A stretch of DNA of 64,000 nt from Patescibacteria group bacterium (GCA_023484515.1 JAMDAY010000010.1:5131-69130), one strand, 5' to 3'; shown: positions 1 through 9,115, counted from the stretch's first letter. The notes: generated by a model from the letters alone, not told the origin. Numbers and translations: made by a program.

Positions 1-2
1 AC

Positions 3-734
3 AAGCTGACGCAAAGGCTGGCTTACGTGCGCAAGCATAACATTATAAAGGGCTTGCGCCCGGACGGAAAATCGCAAGTCACCGTGGAATACAATTCGGA
101 AAAACCCAAGCGCGTCCATACGGTTTTAATTGCGGCGCAGCATAATCCGGAAGCGGACTACCAAAAACTCAAACAGGAAATAGAAAAAGAAGTTATCCGC
201 AAGGTTATTCCCAGGCAGCTTTTGGACAAGCAGACCAGGATATTGGTTAATTCCACAGGCAGGTTTGTGGTTGGCGGGCCGCAAGGGGACACCGGGCTGA
301 CCGGCCGCAAAATAATCGTGGACACTTACGGGGGTATGGGCAGGCACGGTGGCGGCTGCTTTAGCGGGAAAGACCCGTCCAAGGTGGACCGGTCCGGAAG
401 CTATATGGCCCGCTATGTGGCCAAAAACCTGGTGGCAGCGGGCGTTGCCAAGAAGATAGAAGTGCAAATAGCCTATGCCATCGGCGTCCCCGAACCGCTG
501 AGCGTGCGCGTGGACACTTACGGCACGGGCAAAATTAGCGACGACGCGATTGTGGACATAATCAATAAAGTATTTGACTTGCGCCCGGGCATGATCATTA
601 AAAATTTAAACTTGCGCCGCCCCATTTACCGGCAGGTTGCGGCCTACGGGCATTTTGGCAGGAATGATTTAAAACTTCCTTGGGAACGCCTTGATAAGGT
701 AAAGGATATCCGTAAAATAATGAAGAAGAAATAA
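3..734 (+). CDS. metK: S-adenosylmethionine synthetase, C-terminal part (starts before the window)
   Basis: Motifs [46 protein letters not shown] and AAYGHFGR; frame is open from position 3. Confidence 0.98.
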   Translation, partial: KLTQRLAYVRKHNIIKGLRPDGKSQVTVEYNSEKPKRVHTVLIAAQHNPEADYQKLKQEIEKEVIRKVIPRQLLDKQTRILVNSTGRFVVGGPQGDTGLTGRKIIVDTYGGMGRHGGGCFSGKDPSKVDRSGSYMARYVAKNLVAAGVAKKIEVQIAYAIGVPEPLSVRVDTYGTGKISDDAIVDIINKVFDLRPGMIIKNLNLRRPIYRQVAAYGHFGRNDLKLPWERLDKVKDIRKIMKKK

Positions 735-830
735 CTGCCATGGCCAAAGGCCCTCCGAAGCTTTAGCGTAGGAGGGGAGAATCTGGACAAGGTTAAGGAA
801 ATAAGGAAGTTGGCGAGGATAAAAAAATAG
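735..830 (+). pseudogene. Second, diverged copy of the metK 3' tail carrying a 33-nt hairpin insertion
   Basis: In frame right after the metK TAA it reads LPW-PKALRSFSVGG-ENLDKVKEIRKLARIKK*, versus the true tail [19 protein letters not shown]. Confidence 0.75.
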
Positions 831-831
831 C

Positions 832-867
832 AGTGAAAAATTTGTACAATTGTACAAATTTTTCACT
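832..867. repeat. Perfect 36-bp palindrome upstream of the PaaX-like gene
   Basis: AGTGAAAAATTTGTACAA|TTGTACAAATTTTTCACT. Confidence 0.97.
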
Positions 868-922
868 TGTGATAGGCTTAGCTAAAGGGAAAATTTTAAA
901 ATAAATCAAATTTAGGAGGGTT

Positions 923-1597
923 ATGCCATATGGAAACCAAATAACTTTAGGCACTGCCGTGGCGCAATCGCTGCCGGACAAAAGGATTATTAAGCTTTCG
1001 CAAAAGCAGATGCAAACGCTAAAGACTGCCACGGAAGTGACCCTGGCTGTTGTTGCCGCAGCGGGAGTAGTATCTGTTTCGGTGGTGGCTCCGAATTTGT
1101 TTTCGGCTATGGGACATTTTTTACCAAAAGGAAAGAAATACAGCGGATATAGTCATAAACAAAAGGCAAAGAAGGTAGCCGAAACTTTTTATTATTTAAA
1201 ACGGACAGGACTCGTCCGGTTCAGGCAATCGGGCACGGATTGGCTGTTGTCATTGACAGATTTGGGCAGGCGCAGGCTGCCAAAATTGGAGGTGGATTCT
1301 CTGTCGGTCACAAAGCCCAAGAAATGGGACGGATCTTGGTGGGTGGTGGCGGCTGATATTCCGACCAAAGACTGCCGTCAAGGAGCGGATTTATTGCGTA
1401 GGAAGCTAAAGCAGTTAGGTTTCTATCCGCTGCAACGGACGTTGTGGCTATATCCTTTTGACCCCCGCCGCGAGATAGAATTTATCAGCCAGGCTTTCGG
1501 GATTGCCAGATTCGTTACTGTAATGAAAATAGCCGAGCTTGATACGCAGGACCTCGCAGTCTTGAAACCTTATTTTAAAAAGCTGAATTTGCTTTAG
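923..1597 (+). CDS. PaaX-like protein (winged-helix-like region plus central Cas2-like domain)
   Basis: LSLTDLG...KKWDGSWWVVAADIP...LRRKLKQLGFYPLQRTLWLYP matches the PaaX central-domain pattern; AGGAGG lies upstream of the ATG. Confidence 0.8.
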   Translation: MPYGNQITLGTAVAQSLPDKRIIKLSQKQMQTLKTATEVTLAVVAAAGVVSVSVVAPNLFSAMGHFLPKGKKYSGYSHKQKAKKVAETFYYLKRTGLVRFRQSGTDWLLSLTDLGRRRLPKLEVDSLSVTKPKKWDGSWWVVAADIPTKDCRQGADLLRRKLKQLGFYPLQRTLWLYPFDPRREIEFISQAFGIARFVTVMKIAELDTQDLAVLKPYFKKLNLL

Positions 1598-1600
1598 TCT

Positions 1601-1642
1601 GTTAGTGAAAAAATTGTACAATTGTACAATTTTTTCACTAAC
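1601..1642. repeat. Perfect 42-bp palindrome downstream of the PaaX-like gene
   Basis: GTTAGTGAAAAAATTGTACAA|TTGTACAATTTTTTCACTAAC; near-identical to 832-867. Confidence 0.97.
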
Positions 1643-1707
1643 TTAACTTTTACCGCGATTATTGAGATTGCCGGGGAATGACAGGCTTCAGTTTAGGTTT
1701 AAACCTT

Positions 1708-1736
1708 TTGAATACTTGGCGGAAATAAGATATAAT
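1708..1736 (+). promoter_or_regulatory. Sigma70-type promoter, probably leaderless
   Basis: TTGAAT-17 nt-TATAAT, ending 6 nt before ATG 1743. Confidence 0.65.
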
Positions 1737-1742
1737 TCAAGT

Positions 1743-2159
1743 ATGAACGAAACAAGGGAAAAATCGGAACAAATATCGCAGGACTTTAACTTGAGGGAAC
1801 GGGCTTGGAAGCTGGCCCGCGAGCGTTACAATGAGTATTTAATGAAGTGTTTTGACTTTAAAAACAAACACCCAACTTTAAAAGACAAGGTTAGGTATCA
1901 AGATTTTATTGGCAATGTATTGCAATCTTGCGTGGCTGTTCTTGGTAACCACGAAGATCCTGACAGAGATAGAAATGAGGATGATAATGGTAGCTTGCAA
2001 ACGGTAAATCAGCTATTCACCTGGCTTGGCAGGTATTTAGATCTGCTAGAAAAAAATCCTGCGGCCTTAAGACATGAACTGGATAGCAGGCAAGAAGGCG
2101 AACCATTTTTGGGTCGGGAAGACTATTTATTAATGTTGGAAAATTTAAAAGAACAATAG
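1743..2159 (+). CDS. Hypothetical protein
   Basis: ORF from ATG 1743 (MNETREK); charged and helical-looking; ends 5 nt before tkt. Confidence 0.65.
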   Translation: MNETREKSEQISQDFNLRERAWKLARERYNEYLMKCFDFKNKHPTLKDKVRYQDFIGNVLQSCVAVLGNHEDPDRDRNEDDNGSLQTVNQLFTWLGRYLDLLEKNPAALRHELDSRQEGEPFLGREDYLLMLENLKEQ

Positions 2160-2164
2160 AAAAT

Positions 2165-4063
2165 ATGAACAACAACCTGCCGGGCTTGGCTAAACTTATT
2201 AGGTATTATATTTTGACCTCTACCACCGAAGCGGGGAGCGGGCATCCGACTTCGTCTTTGTCTGCCGTGGAATTGATGGTTAGTTTGATGTTTGGCGGGT
2301 ATTTTAGGTTTGATTTGAATGATCCGCAAAACCCGAACAACGACCGGCTGATATTTTCCAAGGGACACGCGTCCCCGCTGTTTTATGCGCTGTATGCGGC
2401 GGCCGGGCAGGCCGAAAAATCCGTGAGCCGGAACGCCGCGCAATCACGGGTTCGCCGCGCGCTGGACCCCGCAGAACTAATGACCTTGCGCAAATTCGGC
2501 TCGCGCCTGGAAGGGCATCCTACCATGCAGTTCCCGTATACTGAAGTTCCCACCGGATCCTTGGGCCAGGGGTTGTCGGTCGGAGTGGGTATGGCAATAA
2601 ATGCCAAATATCTGGACAAATTACCCTACAAGACTTTTGTCCTGCTTGGCGACAGCGAAATGGCGGAAGGCAGCGTGTGGGAAGCCATGGCCAGCGCGGC
2701 TTTTTATAAATTGGATAATTTAATTGCCATTTTAGACGTTAACCGGTTAGGCCAGAGCAGGGAAACCATGCTGGGGCGTGACGCGGAAACTTACAAGAAG
2801 CGGGCGGAAAGTTTTGGCTGGAATACCATTGTGGTGGACGGGCATAATTTCGGCGACGTTTCCGCGGCTTACGCCTACGCGGCATCGGACAACAGCAGTA
2901 AGCCTTACATGATAATCGCCAAGACCGTAAAAGGCAAAGGCGTTTCGTTTTTGGAAGACAAGGAAGGCTGGCACGGCAAGGCTTTAACAACGGACGATCT
3001 AAAAAAGGCGTTGGAAGAATTGGGGGAAGCGGATCAAGATTTGGCGGGAGAAGTGGCAAGGCCGGAACAAGTAACAAGTAATAAGGAACAAGTAACAAGC
3101 AAGGAACAGCAGATAAAATTTACGAATTACGATAAACCGACGGCCACGCGCAAAGCTTATGGCAACGCTTTGGCAAATATTTTTGAAGCGTATCCCAATA
3201 TAGTGGCCTTGGACGGCGAAACTTCCAATTCCACCTATTCCGAGATTTTCCGCAAAGCGCATCCTGATAAATATTTTGAAATGTTCATTGCCGAGCAGAA
3301 CATGGCCGGGGTGGCCTTGGGCCTTGCGCGGCGCGGCAAAATTCCGTTCGCTTCCACTTTTGCGGCTTTTTGGTCGCGCGCTTACGACCAGATTCGCATG
3401 TCGCAATACGCGCACGCCAACGTCAAGTTTTGCGGGTCGCACGCGGGAGTATCCATAGGCGAAGACGGATCTTCACAAATGGCTTTGGAAGACATTGCCA
3501 TGTTCCGGTCCGTTTTAGGGTCAACAATTTTGTATCCGTCCGATGCCGTGTCTGCGGAAAAACTGGTTGCTGCCGCGGCCGAACATGAAGGCAACGTGTA
3601 TATTCGCACCACGCGCAAGGAAACCGCTATCCTTTACGGCCAAAATGAACAATTTCCCATTGGCGGGTCTAAAGTTTTAAGATCATCTGGAAACGATCAA
3701 ATTACCGTAGTCGGCGCGGGCATTACCTTGCACGAAGCCCTGGCCGCGCACGAGGAGCTGAAGAAAGAAGGTATTAATGTCCGCGTCATTGATTTATACA
3801 GCATTAAGCCGCTGGATGCGGAAACGCTTAAAAAAGCCGCGGCCGAAACCAAGGCAATAATCACGGTAGAGGATCACCATGCCGAAGGCGGTCTGGGCGA
3901 GGCCGTAGCTAGCGCGCTGGCAGGCGAAAAAACGGTTCAAGTAGCTATTTTAGCCGTTTCCAAAGAGCCACACAGCGCCAAGCCGGCCGAGCTGCTGGCG
4001 TATGAAGAAATAAATGCTGAGGCAATAATCAAGAAAGTTAAAGAAATCTTAAATTGCGTTTAA
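2165..4063 (+). CDS. tkt: Transketolase (single-chain)
   Basis: GSGHPTSSLS, SKGHA, TGSLGQG, ThDP motif GDSEMAEG...N, IAEQNM, GEDGSSQM. Confidence 0.96.
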   Translation: MNNNLPGLAKLIRYYILTSTTEAGSGHPTSSLSAVELMVSLMFGGYFRFDLNDPQNPNNDRLIFSKGHASPLFYALYAAAGQAEKSVSRNAAQSRVRRALDPAELMTLRKFGSRLEGHPTMQFPYTEVPTGSLGQGLSVGVGMAINAKYLDKLPYKTFVLLGDSEMAEGSVWEAMASAAFYKLDNLIAILDVNRLGQSRETMLGRDAETYKKRAESFGWNTIVVDGHNFGDVSAAYAYAASDNSSKPYMIIAKTVKGKGVSFLEDKEGWHGKALTTDDLKKALEELGEADQDLAGEVARPEQVTSNKEQVTSKEQQIKFTNYDKPTATRKAYGNALANIFEAYPNIVALDGETSNSTYSEIFRKAHPDKYFEMFIAEQNMAGVALGLARRGKIPFASTFAAFWSRAYDQIRMSQYAHANVKFCGSHAGVSIGEDGSSQMALEDIAMFRSVLGSTILYPSDAVSAEKLVAAAAEHEGNVYIRTTRKETAILYGQNEQFPIGGSKVLRSSGNDQITVVGAGITLHEALAAHEELKKEGINVRVIDLYSIKPLDAETLKKAAAETKAIITVEDHHAEGGLGEAVASALAGEKTVQVAILAVSKEPHSAKPAELLAYEEINAEAIIKKVKEILNCV

Positions 4064-4072
4064 AATACGCGT

Positions 4073-4756
4073 ATGGGTATTAAACAGCCGGACAGCTTGG
4101 CGGAAAGCTATGAAAAGCAGATTTTTCCTTTTCCGGAAGACCCTAAAAAAATCAAGGCGAGGATCCGCAATTCCGACGGCAGTGAAACAGGAAGGGAAAC
4201 CGAAAGCCAGACTGCCTCGCGGTTTTATCTGCAAAAAATCCTCCATTTGTTGCTTGCCGACAATATTCCCGACGCTTACGGATTTTCCCCCAAAGCCGGC
4301 GACGAAGGCTATCCTGAAATTATTTTGGAAAAAATGGATGTTGACAGCACTCACCGTGAAATGCAGGAGGCCAGAAACAGGCAGTTTGAGCTGGACAGGC
4401 AAAACATTTCCAGGACCGATCCGGCCAGGATGGGGCTTGTAGATTTTATTGCCGCTTTGGAAACGCGGAGAGAGCAGAATCCGCACGTGATAGAACTGAT
4501 GAACAAACTGCGGAACCTTTTCGTGGACAGGAGAGACGTCTGTTCCGGCAGGAATTACGCTTTTTACCGCAAGGGAAGCAGGGTGTGTGTTGTGTTTTTA
4601 GACAACCAGGTTGCCTGGAAATATGAAAACGGGAAGAAAAAGCCCGTGGTAAATTTTACCGCCTTAAAGCAGGCTGCGGAAGCGCTTGGCGAACCGGCCA
4701 GGAGCGAAGCATTGGGATATTACAAGCAATTATTTTCGCTTTACGAGCGGGGATAA
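4073..4756 (+). CDS. Hypothetical protein
   Basis: 227-aa ORF tightly packed between tkt and glpX; no recognisable motif. Confidence 0.65.
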   Translation: MGIKQPDSLAESYEKQIFPFPEDPKKIKARIRNSDGSETGRETESQTASRFYLQKILHLLLADNIPDAYGFSPKAGDEGYPEIILEKMDVDSTHREMQEARNRQFELDRQNISRTDPARMGLVDFIAALETRREQNPHVIELMNKLRNLFVDRRDVCSGRNYAFYRKGSRVCVVFLDNQVAWKYENGKKKPVVNFTALKQAAEALGEPARSEALGYYKQLFSLYERG

Positions 4757-4786
4757 GAAAAATTTATTGGTAAAGCCGGAAATTTT

Positions 4787-5752
4787 ATGGACCGCAATTT
4801 AGCTTTGGAATTCGTGCGGGTGACTGAGGCCGCGGCGATAGCCGCGGCTAAGTGGGTTGGCAAAGGGGAAGGTAAAAAAGCGGATGGCGCGGCAGTGGAC
4901 GAAATGCGGGACCGGTTTAACCAAATTGATTTTAAAGGCACGGTGGTAATAGGCGAAGGCAGTAAGGACGAAGCGCCGGAATTGTATAACGGGGAAAAGG
5001 TGGGCAGGGGATGGGGCAAGACAGCCGATAAATCGGCTAACTACAATTTTGACTTGGCCATTGATCCTTTGGAATGCACGGACAGCGTGGCATTCGGGCG
5101 GTATAACGCCATGTCCGTTATTGCGGCGGGGGCAAAGGGCAGCTTAATGAACGCGCCGGACACGTATATGGAAAAAATCGCGGTTGGCCCGGCTGCGGCA
5201 AAGGTAATTGATTTGGATGCGCCGGTAAAAACCAATTTGTCCAAGGTTGCCAAAGTTCTGGGCAAGAAGGTTGGCGACGTGACAGTTTGCATTTTGGACC
5301 GCGAGCGGCATTTTAATTTAATCAGCCAGGTGCGCCGGGCCGGCGCGCGGGTCCGCCTTATAACTGACGGCGACGTGGCCGGGGCAGTGGCCGCCTGCCT
5401 GCCCGAAAGCGGTATAGACGTGCTAATGGGCATTGGCGGCAGCACGGAGAGCGTGCTGGCGGCAGTGCCGATAAAAATTTTTGGCGGGCAAATTTTTTGC
5501 CGGTTCAAGCCCAAGGACAAACATCATTTAAATTTGGTCAAAAGGCACGGCCTAAATACCAAGAAAATTTATTCCGCGGAAGACCTGGCCAAGGGCAGCG
5601 TATTAACTTTTACCGCCACCGGCGTCATAGACGGCCCTTTGCTCCGGGGCGTGCGCTTTGCCGACCCCGTTATTGTCACGCATTCCATGGTTGTCCGCGG
5701 CCAAAGCGGCACTGTTCGTTATATTGTTGCACATCATCAAAATATTAATTAA
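4787..5752 (+). CDS. glpX: Class II fructose-1,6-bisphosphatase
   Basis: RVTEAAA, ADGAAV, VIGEG.KDEAP.L, DPLE.T, PDTYMEK, DGDV. Confidence 0.96.
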   Translation: MDRNLALEFVRVTEAAAIAAAKWVGKGEGKKADGAAVDEMRDRFNQIDFKGTVVIGEGSKDEAPELYNGEKVGRGWGKTADKSANYNFDLAIDPLECTDSVAFGRYNAMSVIAAGAKGSLMNAPDTYMEKIAVGPAAAKVIDLDAPVKTNLSKVAKVLGKKVGDVTVCILDRERHFNLISQVRRAGARVRLITDGDVAGAVAACLPESGIDVLMGIGGSTESVLAAVPIKIFGGQIFCRFKPKDKHHLNLVKRHGLNTKKIYSAEDLAKGSVLTFTATGVIDGPLLRGVRFADPVIVTHSMVVRGQSGTVRYIVAHHQNIN

Positions 5753-5760
5753 GCGCACGT

Positions 5761-6096
5761 ATGAGAAAACATTATAGCGGGTTCAACCCTAAATTGGAAA
5801 CGATAGAAAAAATTACAATTCCCGATGAAGATTTAATAGGCTGGTTGCAAAGCCTGAAAGGTTTGGACAGGCAATTTATTGATAAAATGCTAAGTTCAAA
5901 AAACGAGCGATACCGGAAAGAGTTCCTAAGGCGGGCCATGGATTTTTTTAAGTCCAGCGGCGATTTCAGCGAATTTGTAACCAGGAGGGAACAGGAATTA
6001 GGCAAAGCCATTCCAGAATCGGAAATTCCCGAATTATTTGAGGAATTCCGGCATGAAATTGAGGAGGCATTTAAACGGGCGGGATATTTTGGATAA
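5761..6096 (+). CDS. Hypothetical protein
   Basis: 111-aa ORF filling the glpX-fba gap. Confidence 0.6.
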   Translation: MRKHYSGFNPKLETIEKITIPDEDLIGWLQSLKGLDRQFIDKMLSSKNERYRKEFLRRAMDFFKSSGDFSEFVTRREQELGKAIPESEIPELFEEFRHEIEEAFKRAGYFG

Positions 6097-6110
6097 TTAA
6101 CCAATGTTTT

Positions 6111-7133
6111 ATGATAGAACCATCAAAAATTTTAGAACTTAATAAAGTTGCCAAACAAATGGTAGCGGCGGGAAAGGGGATTCTGGCCGCGGACGAAAGC
6201 TTTAATACCATAGAAAAAAGATTTGCCAAAATCAATTTGCCTTCCACGGAAGAAAACCGCCGCGCTTACCGCGAAATGCTGTTTGCCGCGCCTGGAATTG
6301 GGGAGTATATCTCCGGCGTAATTATGTTTGACGAGACTATCCGCCAGCGCGCGACGGACGGCCATACTTTTGTTACAATTTTGGAAAAAGCCGGAGTGCT
6401 GCCTGGCATTAAGGTTGATTTGGGAACCAAGGAAATGGATGACTCGCCGAACGAAAAAGTCACCAAGGGCTTGGAAGGATTGCCTGACCGTTTGGCTCAA
6501 TATGCGCGCTTTGGCGCGAAATTCGCCAAATGGCGGGCCGTAATTGCCATTGACGAGGAATTGCCGACCGAAGCGAATATTGGGCAGAATGCCAGGGATT
6601 TGGCCAATTACGCCCTGGCCTGCCAGGAAGCGGGCTTAGTGCCTATGGTAGAACCGGAGGTGCTGATGGACGGCAGCCATACCCTGGAAAGATGCGAAGA
6701 AGTCAGTCTAAAGGTTTTGGAAGCCGTGTTTGCGGAATTAAAAAATGCGGGCGTGGCCTTTGAAGGCATGATACTTAAGACCAATATGGTGTTACCGGGC
6801 AAAGATTCGGGACAAGCTGCGGTTCCGGAAGAAATTGCCGCTGCTACGTTGGAGGTTTTTAAGAAGGCTTTGCCGAGTACCTTAGCCGGCCAGGCTTTTT
6901 TGTCCGGCGGACAAAGTGAAAAAGAAGCGACAGTTAATTTGAACGCCATAAACAAGCTGGGGCCGCATCCCTGGCCGCTGACGTTTTCCTATGGACGCGC
7001 CTTGCAGGACAGCGCCTTAAAAATTTGGGCCGGCAAGCCGGAAAACGCGCGGGCGGCGCGGGAAATTTTTCTTCATCGCGCCAAAATGAACGGCCTGGCC
7101 GCGGAAGGGAAGTATGGCGCAGAGATGGAGTAA
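6111..7133 (+). CDS. fba: Class I fructose-bisphosphate aldolase
   Basis: GKGILAADES, GIKVD, FAKWR, VEPEVLMDG, FLSGGQSE, TFSYGRALQ. Confidence 0.96.
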   Translation: MIEPSKILELNKVAKQMVAAGKGILAADESFNTIEKRFAKINLPSTEENRRAYREMLFAAPGIGEYISGVIMFDETIRQRATDGHTFVTILEKAGVLPGIKVDLGTKEMDDSPNEKVTKGLEGLPDRLAQYARFGAKFAKWRAVIAIDEELPTEANIGQNARDLANYALACQEAGLVPMVEPEVLMDGSHTLERCEEVSLKVLEAVFAELKNAGVAFEGMILKTNMVLPGKDSGQAAVPEEIAAATLEVFKKALPSTLAGQAFLSGGQSEKEATVNLNAINKLGPHPWPLTFSYGRALQDSALKIWAGKPENARAAREIFLHRAKMNGLAAEGKYGAEME

Positions 7134-7134
7134 C

Positions 7135-7212
7135 GGGCGCCCAAAAGGGCGGCCCCTACAATGAAGTAATGCATTAATTTTTATTTTAGGGGCAGGCTTT
7201 AGCCGCCCGCCC
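7135..7212. repeat. Pair of REP-like GC-rich hairpins
   Basis: CGGGCGCCCAAAAGGGCGGCCCCTACA and TAGGGGCAGGCTTTAGCCGCCC; same (G)TAGGGG/CCCCTAC style as the typA insertion. Confidence 0.5.
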
Positions 7213-7287
7213 CAAGGTTAGCGGTTAAAAAACCGCAAAAGAAAAAAATATGCTAGAATACAAATAACCTCATTAACATAAACACCA

Positions 7288-8103
7288 ATGCCAACGCCAA
7301 CAAACTTGGAAAAAACCAAACCCCGGACCGCAAAACCAAAAGCTAAAAATTTATTTCCCCATTTGCAAAATCATCTAAAAGATGACACGGTCTGCTTTGT
7401 TTCCAGCGGCCGGGAAATTTGCGTTCCCGCCGCGGAACTGGCCAAACTGTTCAGCGGCCGCACGCGCGAAGTTTCGCCGTGGACCATTTTCCGCATTATG
7501 GCGGAATTTATTAACGGGTTTGAATTTTTAAAGCGCTATAAAAAAGCCGTCAGCATTATGGGCAGCGCCCGTCCTAATTTGCAGAACGGGGTTTACCAGG
7601 AAGCCAGGGAACTGGCCTTTAAGCTGTCCAAGGCGGGTTTTGTGGTTATAACCGGCGGCGGGCCGGGAATAATGGAAGCGGCCAACAAAGGCGCATACGA
7701 AGCCGGCGGCCGCAGCGCGGGCATTAACATCAAGCTGCCGTCGGAACAGCGGACCAACGCTTACGTGAAGGAATCGGAAAGTTTTGACTTCTTTTTCACC
7801 AGGAAAGTAATGCTGGAGTTCGCTTCGCAGCTTTACGTGTTTTTCCCCGGCGGGTTCGGCACTTTGGATGAAATGTTTGAAATGGTCACCTTAATCCAGA
7901 CCAAAAAAATCGCGCCTGTTCCCATTATCTTAGTCAATAAAACTTTTTGGCAGCCGTTGTTGGACTGGATTAAGAATACAATTTACGGACAGAACAAGGC
8001 CATAGACGAAAAAGACATGGAAATTTACCACCTGGTGGACAGCGCCGAGGAAGCGTACGAGGTAATTAAGGAACTGACCAAGAAAAAACACCTATTTAAC
8101 TAA
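7288..8103 (+). CDS. LOG-family (TIGR00730-type) Rossmann-fold nucleotide phosphoribohydrolase
   Basis: GSAR, TGGGPGIMEAANKGA, FFTRKVM, FPGGFGTLDE. Confidence 0.92.
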   Translation: MPTPTNLEKTKPRTAKPKAKNLFPHLQNHLKDDTVCFVSSGREICVPAAELAKLFSGRTREVSPWTIFRIMAEFINGFEFLKRYKKAVSIMGSARPNLQNGVYQEARELAFKLSKAGFVVITGGGPGIMEAANKGAYEAGGRSAGINIKLPSEQRTNAYVKESESFDFFFTRKVMLEFASQLYVFFPGGFGTLDEMFEMVTLIQTKKIAPVPIILVNKTFWQPLLDWIKNTIYGQNKAIDEKDMEIYHLVDSAEEAYEVIKELTKKKHLFN

Positions 8104-8183
8104 TGACAAAAATTAAAAAAGTGACAAAAGTGACAAAATTTAATCCTTGGTAATTTTTATTATTTTTGTCATTTTTGATCATT
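8103..8183. repeat. Inverted pair of 9-nt-period arrays filling an intergenic gap
   Basis: ATGACAAAA ATTAAAAAA GTGACAAAA GTGACAAAA ... TTTTATTAT TTTTGTCAT TTTTGATCAT. Confidence 0.8.
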
Positions 8184-8189
8184 TGATTT

Positions 8190-9059
8190 ATGAGCCCCCA
8201 AGAATTAAAAACTAAAATTTTTCTGGATTCCGGCGACCCGAAAGAGACGCGAGAAGTTTTGGACATGCTGGGTTTTTTGGACGGGCAAACCACCAACCCG
8301 TCCTTGATTGCCAAGAACCCGCAAGTCCAGGCCAGGCTGGCTAAGGGAGAAAAATTCTCCCAGGAAGAAGTTTTAAACTTTTACCGGGCCGTAGTTAAGG
8401 AAGTGTCAGGCCTGATTCCGCAAGGATCCGTATCAATAGAGGTTTATGCCGACGGCAATACTTCGGCTGGACAGATGTTAAACCAAGGCCGGGAATTTTT
8501 TAAATGGATACCGAACGCGCACATTAAATTCCCGACCACTGCGGAAGGGCTGAAAGCCGCGGAAGCGGCGGTAAAAGAAGGAATACGGGTGAACATGACC
8601 TTGGTATTCAGCCAGGAACAGGCAGCAGCGGTTTACGCGGCAACGCGCGGCGCCGGACCGGGCGGCGTATTCGTTTCGCCGTTCATTGGCCGGCTGGATG
8701 ACAGGGGAGAGAACGGCATGGATTTAATTGCCAATATCCGCAAGATGTACCAAAGCGGCGACGGCCACGTGCAGGTTTTGGCAGCCAGCGTAAGATCTTT
8801 AAGCCACTTTACGCAATCCCTGGCGCTTGGCGCGGACATAATTACCGCGCCGCTTAAGGCCATTAAAGAGTGGGCGGAGGCGGGAAAGCCAACTTCTCCC
8901 CAGCCCTCCCTTCAAGAGGGGAGGGAAGGGTTGCGCCCCATACCTTTTCAAGAAATTAATCTAGGCAAACCCTGGCAGGAATATAACATTAAACACGAAC
9001 TGACAGACAAAGGCATAGAAAAATTTGCCGCGGACTGGAACAATTTAATTCAACGGTAA
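8190..9059 (+). CDS. tal: Transaldolase family protein
   Basis: KIFLDSGD, TTNPSL, HIKFP, VNMTLVFS, SPFIGRLDD, LAASVRS. Confidence 0.92.
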   Translation: MSPQELKTKIFLDSGDPKETREVLDMLGFLDGQTTNPSLIAKNPQVQARLAKGEKFSQEEVLNFYRAVVKEVSGLIPQGSVSIEVYADGNTSAGQMLNQGREFFKWIPNAHIKFPTTAEGLKAAEAAVKEGIRVNMTLVFSQEQAAAVYAATRGAGPGGVFVSPFIGRLDDRGENGMDLIANIRKMYQSGDGHVQVLAASVRSLSHFTQSLALGADIITAPLKAIKEWAEAGKPTSPQPSLQEGREGLRPIPFQEINLGKPWQEYNIKHELTDKGIEKFAADWNNLIQR

Positions 9060-9115
9060 CAGGCGGCAAAAACAAAGGTGCCCTTTGTTGGTATTTATTC
9101 TTTAAGCCGTGCCTG

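Noticed and set aside
832-1642. CRISPR-Cas locus (Cas2-like domain plus two ~36-bp repeats)
   Set aside because: Only two repeats, separated by a whole gene; no spacers and no cas1 or effector gene.
4073-6096. Integron-type cassette array explaining the orphan ORFs
   Set aside because: Gaps of 5-30 nt leave no room for attC sites, and no integron integrase is present.
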